In this document: piece after piece, positions 9,324 to 16,695 of the stretch
How the letters are laid out: each line of letters starts with the position of its first letter
How positions within the stretch are numbered: the stretch's first letter is position 1
Virus record (IMG/VR): IMGVR_UViG_3300013233_000702
DNA: 64,000 bases
Strand: one strand, 5' to 3'
DNA from: an uncultured virus (IMG/VR IMGVR_UViG_3300013233_000702)
Lineage: Duplodnaviria > Heunggongvirae > Uroviricota > Caudoviricetes
Notes under the pieces: model-generated
Seen by the model: only the letters and a program-made list of their open reading frames with translations
What the model was told of the DNA's origin: nothing
Database searches by the model: none
Made by a program: the position numbers and the translations under genes

Positions 9324-9920
9324 CTAAGCCAACCTCCTGACGTTTGCAATGTTTGGTATCAGAACCGTCAATACCGTTCTGTATCTACGCACTCCGCCGT
9401 CCTTTGTGGCCTTCCAGATGCGCGAGTCCATATGTCCGCGTATCTTCTTCTTCGTAATGGCAGCCTTAGATACCAGCACCATGCCTGGGTCCATCGCCAC
9501 ATATAGGAAGGGCCGACCACTGGCTGTAGTCCCCCTTGAGAGATAATCCGCGTCTATTGTCTCGCCGTTCTTTAACGTGACTTGCCATTTGCCGGCGTCC
9601 ACGCCACGTTTAATCTTAGACACCAGTTCGCTCTTCAGCTCGATGCTCTGATTTGAGTTCATGATAACACTGACTAGCAAATCAATGCCGCCTCGCTTGG
9701 TCAAGTCTATGCCTGTATAATCAAGGACATCTTGTTTGAAACTAGGATTGCTGGGTCTGAAATAGTTATCGTCGACATATTCGTTGTCGAGGACGTGCAG
9801 AAACGCATCGCCCGGCGTGTCCCCAGGAGAGACAGCATGTCCAAAGAGGTCCTCCGTGAGGAGACCTGACTTGCCTGGTCCAATCGTCGTAATCCATTCT
9901 GCTATGTTCCTGGGTTCCAT
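9324..9920 (-). CDS. RT-locus accessory protein B (paralog of 10145-10765; possible Sm/SH3-like C-terminal domain)
   Basis: 198-aa ORF, AGGAGGAG RBS; aligns by eye end-to-end with the 10145-10765 protein. Confidence 0.8.
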   Translation of the reverse strand: MEPRNIAEWITTIGPGKSGLLTEDLFGHAVSPGDTPGDAFLHVLDNEYVDDNYFRPSNPSFKQDVLDYTGIDLTKRGGIDLLVSVIMNSNQSIELKSELVSKIKRGVDAGKWQVTLKNGETIDADYLSRGTTASGRPFLYVAMDPGMVLVSKAAITKKKIRGHMDSRIWKATKDGGVRRYRTVLTVLIPNIANVRRLA

Positions 9921-9971
9921 CTGTTGCTCCTCCTAGCCTTGAACCAGACAAAACAGACAACCATTTAATTT

Positions 9972-10148
9972 TTGACTGAAGGCAGCGGGCCATCTTCACG
10001 GCCCCGGAACACTTGTGGTCTGTGGCCTTACATCCATGTCCAACACCATCGTTCGCCATCCCGAAGCATGTGTCAATGACGATGGCCAAGGACTCGGGGA
10101 CAGGGCTGAAACTGTACGTGCCCTGGGCGGCCCGCTGCCTCCAGTCAA
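9972..10148 (-). ncRNA. candidate RT-associated structured RNA, unit A
   Basis: 20-bp inverted repeat 9972-9991 / 10129-10148 (one G-U on the - strand); shares CACCATCGT..GCCATCC.GAAGCAT...ACGATGGCCAAGG core with unit B. Confidence 0.75.
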
Positions 10149-10765
10149 CCTACCTTCCTTACACTGGCTACGTTCTTCAGGAGCACCGTCCTGACCGTCC
10201 TGTACTTGCGTATGCCGCCGATCCTGCTACCCCGCACCTTGATCGGCTCCCATATCCTCTTCTCTAGGGGACGAGGCTTATCGACCATGGTCTCCGTATG
10301 TATCTGTATGGTTCCAGGGTCGCTGGCCAGGTACAGGAACGGCTTCCCGTTCCTGGTCCTGTGCCTGGCCACCAGGTCCGCCTCCAGGACTCGACCGTCC
10401 TTGAGCGCAACCATCCATTTGCCTTCGCCGCCGTACTCATCCTGCTCCTCGTCCTGCCCTCCCAGTCTGTCCAGTAGCTCCTTCTTGAGCTCCGGGCTCT
10501 GGTTCGACATCCTGACCAGCTTTGCGAGGCGAGCAATACCGTCCTCCTTCGAGAGGTCGATACCGACGGTCCTGGCTACGGCGTCCTGGAACCGTTGATT
10601 GCTCGGGTCGAATTCAAGGTAGTTGCGCTCCACGCTCGCTATGAGAATGTCCACCGGCGAGTCTCCAGGCTCGACATGGTGACCATAGAGGTCCTCCGAG
10701 ACCAGTCCTGTTCCTCCAGGCCTCAGGTCCCTATCTACCCACTCAGCGATGGTCCTTGGATTCAT
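10145..10765 (-). CDS. RT-locus accessory protein A (paralog of 9324-9920)
   Basis: 206-aa ORF, AGGAGG RBS; MNPRTIAEW...EDLYGH...WMVALKDG...KPFLYLASDPG...RKYRTVRTVLLKNVASVRK. Confidence 0.8.
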   Translation of the reverse strand: MNPRTIAEWVDRDLRPGGTGLVSEDLYGHHVEPGDSPVDILIASVERNYLEFDPSNQRFQDAVARTVGIDLSKEDGIARLAKLVRMSNQSPELKKELLDRLGGQDEEQDEYGGEGKWMVALKDGRVLEADLVARHRTRNGKPFLYLASDPGTIQIHTETMVDKPRPLEKRIWEPIKVRGSRIGGIRKYRTVRTVLLKNVASVRKVG

Positions 10766-10775
10766 CTACGACCTC

Positions 10776-12662
10776 CTATGTTATCGTCCACGTTCCGACG
10801 AGGCTCGTCACGAACCACTCGGTAGAGTTCACGGCGATAAGCACGCAGACATTCCCTTTTGTGCTCGTGCCGCTGTCGATGTTTCCGCCTGAGGCACTGA
10901 CGGAGCTGCCGAACCTGATGGTGTCGCCTGCGGCCGCGTTGGCCTTGATGCCGTTCGTGGCGTCCTGGACCACGAACGTGTAAGTCAGCCCGGACGCCGC
11001 CGCAGGCAGGTCGTGCTCGTTGTCCGCCGTCGATCCCTCGTTGGTGAAGACCTTACCGGACTCTGACGCGGAGATCTGGTTCGGGACCGTCACCGTGTCG
11101 ACGTTCGCCTCGACCTCCAGGCTGAACCTGTCCGGTACCACCGCCGAATCTATCTCCCAGGAGCCGACCCTCGTGGTCGCCACCCAGCTCGTAGAGTCCC
11201 TCGGGACCAGCAGCACGAACGAACCAGGCACGCTGCTCTCGATGAACCCGCCTGAAGCGCTCGACGTGGAGCCAGCCAGGATCACGTCGTTGGCAGCGGC
11301 CACGCCCCGTATCCCGACCACGTCCTCGCAGTGCAGCGCACAGACCACCCCGGCGGACGCAGACGGAAGCTGCAGGATGGTCTTCGTGGAGGACCCAGCG
11401 TTCGTGAAGATCCTCCTGTTGTCAAGTCGGGCGTCTATCGTCCTGGCGGTCCCCGCCCCCGCGCTGCCCTCTGCCTTGGCCGCCACCGTGTAGGCGTTGC
11501 CCAGGGTCACTGCAAGGAAGCTGTGCGCGCCGGTGGTGCTGACTGGGCTCGACTTGTCGGCGACGTCGTTGATACCGCTCAGGCCGAGCTCGCCGGTGGT
11601 GTTGCTCCCCCAGCCCCATGTGCTTCCGTCCGCCTTGACGCCGAAGGCGTGATTGGTTCCGACGGCGACGCCGGTGAAGCTGTGCGCGCCGATCACGCTG
11701 ACGGGACTGTTTATGTTGGCAGGACTGGTGTTCCCCTGCCCGAGCTGTCCCCGGTCGTTCAGGCCCCAGGCCCACGCAGAGCCATCAGCCTTGAGCGCCA
11801 CCATGAAGTTGTCCGAGACGGCCACGGTGGTGAAGCTGTGGCCGCCTATCACGCTGACCGGACTGGACCGGTTGACCGAAGACCCGTCGCCGATCTGGCC
11901 GTTCGTGCCGGGACCCCACGTCCAGAGGGCACCGTCCGACTTCAGCCCTGCACTTGGGGAGTCTCCGATGCCGCCGAACGGGTCTCCCGCAAAGACCTTC
12001 GTGAAGCTATGGGACCCTGTCACGCTGACCGGACTGTGCATGTCGTTGGGTTCGGGAGCTATGCCTAGGTTGCCGCTTGCATTGTTCCCCCACGCCCATG
12101 CCGAGCCATCCGACTTCCTGGCGAGGCCAAAGCCAGACCCTGCGGAGACCTCTACGAAGCTATGTCCATCGACCACGCTCACCGGACTGGACCTGTTCAG
12201 GGTTGTCCCGTCGCCCACCTGCCCGGCACTGTTGAAGCCCCAGCCCCACACGGTTCCGTCGGCCTTCCGGCCGAAGCTCAGGGTATCCCCTGCAGAGACC
12301 TCAGCGAAACTGTGCCCACCGACCACGCTGACCGGGCTCGACCGGGGGTTGTTGTTGAAGAAGCCGTCTCCGGAGTCATCGTTGCCAAGCTGTCCGTCGG
12401 AGTTGCTGCCCCATGCCCAGGCGGAGCCGTCGGCCTTGCGGATGAGGTTGTGGGTCTTGCCGGCGGAGACCTCGACGAAGCTGTGCCCGCCGGTCACGCT
12501 GACTGGACTGGACTTGCTGAGGCCGTCCGGAGATATGCCGAGCTGGCCGTCGGTGTTCTCTCCCCATGACCATGCGACGAGGTTCTGGGTACCGGCCACT
12601 CCGGTCACGGCCTCGACGTTCTCGGGACCGAGCTGTATCGGATTCACCTTGTTGCCGGCCAT
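10776..12662 (-). CDS. RCC1-repeat (beta-propeller) putative virion/fibre protein with duplicated C-terminal beta-rich domain
   Basis: ~7 repeats of [18 protein letters not shown]...SSPVSVxGGHSF. Confidence 0.85.
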   Translation of the reverse strand: MAGNKVNPIQLGPENVEAVTGVAGTQNLVAWSWGENTDGQLGISPDGLSKSSPVSVTGGHSFVEVSAGKTHNLIRKADGSAWAWGSNSDGQLGNDDSGDGFFNNNPRSSPVSVVGGHSFAEVSAGDTLSFGRKADGTVWGWGFNSAGQVGDGTTLNRSSPVSVVDGHSFVEVSAGSGFGLARKSDGSAWAWGNNASGNLGIAPEPNDMHSPVSVTGSHSFTKVFAGDPFGGIGDSPSAGLKSDGALWTWGPGTNGQIGDGSSVNRSSPVSVIGGHSFTTVAVSDNFMVALKADGSAWAWGLNDRGQLGQGNTSPANINSPVSVIGAHSFTGVAVGTNHAFGVKADGSTWGWGSNTTGELGLSGINDVADKSSPVSTTGAHSFLAVTLGNAYTVAAKAEGSAGAGTARTIDARLDNRRIFTNAGSSTKTILQLPSASAGVVCALHCEDVVGIRGVAAANDVILAGSTSSASGGFIESSVPGSFVLLVPRDSTSWVATTRVGSWEIDSAVVPDRFSLEVEANVDTVTVPNQISASESGKVFTNEGSTADNEHDLPAAASGLTYTFVVQDATNGIKANAAAGDTIRFGSSVSASGGNIDSGTSTKGNVCVLIAVNSTEWFVTSLVGTWTIT

Positions 12663-12672
12663 TTCGCCTCTC

Positions 12673-13464
12673 CTATGCTTCCCGTATGACCCAGCAGTCG
12701 GTCACCCGCACCGTGCGCTCCACGCCCAGGTCCGGAGTCTCGGTTCCGATCTCGAAGTACTCTATCGGCATGTAGCAGTAGCCACCGTCTCCCCAGGAGT
12801 TCCCCCAGGAGTTTCTGACTACGACGTTCGATCCGCCACCGAGGAATCCGCAAGCCAGCATCGCATGCCTGCCGATGATCCGCTCGTCCTTGCCGGGCAT
12901 CGGTACGATGCCGTCCTTTCCGACCTTGTCGAAGGACTCGTACAGGACCAACCCGAAGGTCACTGGAAGACCGTCCGCGAGGGCTCTCAGCATCTCCGTA
13001 CGGTCGTTGACGCGCCAGTAGTCGTCGACACGATGCCTGAGTGCCTTCTGCATGATCCGTGGCGGCGGCTTCTGGCTCCACTTGAGCTGGTCATATCTCC
13101 ATAGCTTCTCCTTGCAGACTCCGAACGTCTTTAGGGCCTTGATGGCGGTCCTTGGTCGGCTTCCGTCGTCGCCCTCTATGCCGTCCAGGTACCTGGCCCA
13201 GTAGTAGACGAAGAGCCTGGAGTAGTCCCTTGGCTTGAGGCAGGGCCATCTCCGGAGCTTCCTGGCGTAGAGGTACTCGATTGCACCCACGAGGGCGTTC
13301 GGGACGCAGGTTCCGAGCCTGCCCTGGTCCTCGACGGGGGTCATGTGCCGGCGCATGTCCATCTTCCTGGGCAGCTCGTCGGCCCTGGTCCTGGCTATGG
13401 CACCATAGGACCTGTCCCTGGCGTCGGCCTTGTCTGGAATATATGTATCTAGACGCGCTGTCAT
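12673..13464 (-). CDS. papain-like cysteine peptidase (family C1A)
   Basis: PVEDQGRLGTCV (catalytic Q/C), GRHAMLACGF (His), VRNSWGNSWGDGGY (Asn). Confidence 0.9.
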   Translation of the reverse strand: MTARLDTYIPDKADARDRSYGAIARTRADELPRKMDMRRHMTPVEDQGRLGTCVPNALVGAIEYLYARKLRRWPCLKPRDYSRLFVYYWARYLDGIEGDDGSRPRTAIKALKTFGVCKEKLWRYDQLKWSQKPPPRIMQKALRHRVDDYWRVNDRTEMLRALADGLPVTFGLVLYESFDKVGKDGIVPMPGKDERIIGRHAMLACGFLGGGSNVVVRNSWGNSWGDGGYCYMPIEYFEIGTETPDLGVERTVRVTDCWVIREA

Positions 13465-13471
13465 GTCCTGA

Positions 13472-13479
13472 TATCTTTG
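13472..13479 (-). promoter_or_regulatory. CAAAGATA motif
   Basis: 7 nt before the protease ATG (13464). Confidence 0.5.
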
Positions 13480-13733
13480 CACTGGAGACCCGACGATGAG
13501 GAAGCGTCCATGCGCGCACGGTCGCCGTGAACCATGCCGACAGGAAGCTAGGCCAGCCAGGTGCAGCTGCGGTTCTGCCCTCGGGCGCAGCGCAACCAGG
13601 AACACGTGGTCCTGCAGGTCCTGCGGTCGCCAGTACATGCTCAACTTCCACGGAAAGTATATCGAGACCTAGTTTACCGCCCTTCCTCCCGTGATATGCA
13701 CATCGAGCAGAAGGCACATCGGAGGAACACGAC

Positions 13734-15971
13734 ATGCACAGGATCGCCATCGCCGCAGCAAGCGCCCTGACGCTGCAGCTCCCAATCTGGGCAGCATGGA
13801 TCGAGATGCCGAACCTGCCTAACGGGCACGACCCAGTTATCGTGCGCTCGGGAGGACGGATCTACTCCATGGGAGGCCGCAGCAGGACGGACGGGTCATA
13901 TGATGGGCAGGCCTACGTCCACGACGAGGAACGGAACAAATGGACCGGAATAGCCAGGGTGCCGGAACCATACCAGGACACGACTCCGACGGACCCGGTC
14001 ACCCTGAAGGACGGCAGGATCATGCTCTTCCTGCATGAGCGCGACTACGGCTACATCGGCATCTACGACCCGGCAAGCAACGCCTGGGCCCTAAGACAGA
14101 CCGGACTGCCGCCCTTCTACGCCACGATCCACAGGTCGATGCTGCTCAAGAGCGGACGCGTCCTGACATACTTCTACGACGATCCATACGGAGTCGGCGC
14201 CGACACCCTGATCTATGACCCGGACGCCGACTCCTGGACCCCGACCGCAAGCCCCAACGACGAATACTACGTCACCGCCATGGTGCGCCTCCCCAACGGA
14301 GACCCGGCCCTGCTCGGGGCGGTCGAGAGCCCACAATGCGAGACATACGACGAGACTACCGGCACTTGGCGTCTCCTGGCCGACATGCCGACCTCCAACC
14401 AGCTATGGTCCACCATTCTACCGCCGCGCCGGATAGGAAACAGGATCAGCTACTACCAGAGATTCTACGACAGGCAGATCACCTACACTACATACGACGC
14501 GGCCACGGACGCATGGTCCGAGTCCATCACCGTACAGACTCCACTAAACTGGCATACCTGCATCATCGAGGGCAGGATCGCCATGACCTACGACGACAAG
14601 CAGATGTACTGGCTCGACGAACAATGGAACCAGACCACGGCAGGTCCGAAGCCATACAGGTCACACGCCGACTCCGGACCTGACGGAGAAGACCCACTCC
14701 TGTGGGAGAGGATATATCCCCAGACAGGCAGGGGCTACTTCAAGCTCTACCGGTACCTTCCCGGAAACAGACCACCGGTACTGAACGCACAGGACCTCGT
14801 GCTGGACGAGGACGGACGGGCCACCGGTGCCTTCCAGGCACGCGACGTGGACTACGGCGACGAGGTCACGACAGGAGTACTGGTTCGTCCCGCCCATGGA
14901 ACGCTGACACTGGCGCAAGGCACCTATTCCTACGTTCCGGACGTCAACTTCAACGGACAGGACGCCTTCCAGCTCTACGCCACCGACGGAAAGGACCTTG
15001 GGACGGCCACGGTCCAGGTGACGGTCAACGCGGTAGACGATCCACCCGGTGTCCAGATAATCTCGCCTCTCCTGGTAGAACCAGGAGAACAGGTCACCCT
15101 TGTCGCCGACGGCAGGGACCCCGACGGCGATCCGGTCAGCTACTCATGGCTGGTCGAGGACATGGTCCTGCAGGGGCCGGTGGTCGGCCACGTGTTCGCT
15201 TCGGAGGGAAGCTATCCGGTGAGGGTCGTCGCGTCGGCCGGCGGAACGACATCATCCGCCGCCGTGACCGTCGAGGTCCACAGGAGACCATCGGCCCTCT
15301 TTACGGCGACCGAGCCGGTTGCGTTCAGGGACGTTCCCATTGGCTTCGAAGCGACCGATCCGGAGGGCGACGCGGACTACTCGTGGCGCGTCGACGATGA
15401 CCTTCTTCACGACCATGCTCCAAAGGTGGTCACGAAGTTTCAATCAGAGGGCATGCACGCCGTGACGCTGTCCGTGCACCGGCATGGCTGGTCGGCGGAG
15501 GAGCGCCTGAACGTCCTGGTCCTGTCCAGGGAGCGGATGCATGGCCTGCGGCGCAGGGATCCGTTCCTGAAGATGCTGTGGCGACCGAGGGCCGGACATG
15601 ATGGGCTGTGGTTCGTCGCCATTGTCGGAATGGACGGAATAAAGACACTGGAGGGGGCGCGGGTGTCGCTCGAGACAGACGGTGCCGTCCTGAACGGCGT
15701 CCTCGACTCCAGGCTGCGTAGCAGGAACGGTCGCTCTACGTGGAAGGTCAGGAAGGGTGGCCGTGGCCGCAACGACGAGGACCTGTCGGTGGTCTGCCGT
15801 GCCTCCGGCCTCTCGCTGGGCGTGCCGGACGCGGACGTCTCCAGGCTTCCGGTGATCCTGAAGGTCGGAGAGAGGGTCTTCAGGTTCTCCGTCACGCTGA
15901 CGGTGCGGCGTTCCGGCCGCAGACGTCCTATTCTTGGCTCGACCCGGACCCGTTCTCCTGTCCAGCCTTGA
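13734..15971 (+). CDS. secreted Kelch-repeat protein with Ig-like (Big_9/cadherin-like) and PKD domains
   Basis: signal peptide; GRIYSMGG, YDPASNAW, YDPDADSW Kelch-like repeats; NRPPV...DED...YSYVPDVNFNGQD; DPDGDPVSYSW PKD-like. Confidence 0.75.
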   Translation: MHRIAIAAASALTLQLPIWAAWIEMPNLPNGHDPVIVRSGGRIYSMGGRSRTDGSYDGQAYVHDEERNKWTGIARVPEPYQDTTPTDPVTLKDGRIMLFLHERDYGYIGIYDPASNAWALRQTGLPPFYATIHRSMLLKSGRVLTYFYDDPYGVGADTLIYDPDADSWTPTASPNDEYYVTAMVRLPNGDPALLGAVESPQCETYDETTGTWRLLADMPTSNQLWSTILPPRRIGNRISYYQRFYDRQITYTTYDAATDAWSESITVQTPLNWHTCIIEGRIAMTYDDKQMYWLDEQWNQTTAGPKPYRSHADSGPDGEDPLLWERIYPQTGRGYFKLYRYLPGNRPPVLNAQDLVLDEDGRATGAFQARDVDYGDEVTTGVLVRPAHGTLTLAQGTYSYVPDVNFNGQDAFQLYATDGKDLGTATVQVTVNAVDDPPGVQIISPLLVEPGEQVTLVADGRDPDGDPVSYSWLVEDMVLQGPVVGHVFASEGSYPVRVVASAGGTTSSAAVTVEVHRRPSALFTATEPVAFRDVPIGFEATDPEGDADYSWRVDDDLLHDHAPKVVTKFQSEGMHAVTLSVHRHGWSAEERLNVLVLSRERMHGLRRRDPFLKMLWRPRAGHDGLWFVAIVGMDGIKTLEGARVSLETDGAVLNGVLDSRLRSRNGRSTWKVRKGGRGRNDEDLSVVCRASGLSLGVPDADVSRLPVILKVGERVFRFSVTLTVRRSGRRRPILGSTRTRSPVQP

Positions 15972-16314
15972 CCCGTTCGGCGTTCATCCGGTCCTCGGCC
16001 TCGTCGCACGCCTCGAGCAGGTCGTCCATCCCCTCCGCGTAGGCCGCGCTGAGCCCGTCTAGTAGGGCGATCCCCTTCTCACGCAAGAACTTCATATCCT
16101 TGAAGCCTATCGTTATCTCTCCGGCCATCAGGGAGGTCCTGTCCTCGTTGAAGACGGACTGGCGCAGAGCGCGCACTATGCGCTTGATGCGCTTGACGTC
16201 CAGGCGTCCCTTGGCCTGGACGCCGGAGCTCCTGTCGTTGAACATCCACCAGGCGACGCCTGCGGCATACTCGGTAAGCTTGATGGTCAGCTTCCTGCTG
16301 TTCTCGTCCGACAT
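15928..16314 (-). CDS. hypothetical protein (possible fibre-associated)
   Basis: AGGAGG RBS; downstream of the fibre gene, same strand. Confidence 0.6.
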   Translation of the reverse strand: MSDENSRKLTIKLTEYAAGVAWWMFNDRSSGVQAKGRLDVKRIKRIVRALRQSVFNEDRTSLMAGEITIGFKDMKFLREKGIALLDGLSAAYAEGMDDLLEACDEAEDRMNAERVKAGQENGSGSSQE

Positions 16315-16322
16315 CCTTCCTC

Positions 16323-16682
16323 CTATGGCAGGTCCTCTGGCCACGTCTCCAGGACCCCGGCACCAACGAGCCCCTGGTCGATCAAGTCCTGGAAGAACTG
16401 ATCCGCCACGCTTTCGACCGTGCTGGTTCCGCCGAGTAGGGCGTCATAGGCAGCGGCGTCGTACTCGAGCTGGGAGGTCGCTATCGTGGACGGACTCCAG
16501 GTATACGGCGCGGTTCCCGAGGTGCCGGCATCAAGCCGTCCTATCTCCCAGTCGACCAGGATCCTGTGGTCGACGGGGGCTATGTAGAAGGACCGCACGC
16601 GGACCAGGTCGTAGCTGGTCGCGGTGCCGGTACTGTCTGGAACGCTCAGGGGCGTGGTTAACTTCAGCTGTCTTCTGGCCAT
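16323..16682 (-). CDS. hypothetical protein (possible fibre-associated)
   Basis: 119-aa ORF directly after the fibre gene. Confidence 0.65.
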   Translation of the reverse strand: MARRQLKLTTPLSVPDSTGTATSYDLVRVRSFYIAPVDHRILVDWEIGRLDAGTSGTAPYTWSPSTIATSQLEYDAAAYDALLGGTSTVESVADQFFQDLIDQGLVGAGVLETWPEDLP

Positions 16683-16695
16683 GTTTCCGTCCTAT

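Noticed and set aside
7400..9330. Group II intron
   Set aside because: The RT stop overlaps the intact rarA start, leaving no room for domains V/VI. The upstream non-coding region is only ~300 nt, and no interrupted host gene is evident.
7539..10765. Diversity-generating retroelement
   Set aside because: No TR/VR pair with adenine-specific mismatches was seen. Differences between the paralogs and between RNA units involve all bases. The RT lacks the DGR-type motif, and no Avd-like gene was recognised.
11653..13104. Long + strand ORF (483 aa) and similar long antisense ORFs (e.g. 43746-45605, 21476-22720)
   Set aside because: Shadow ORFs opposite well-supported genes in GC-rich DNA, with no recognisable motifs.
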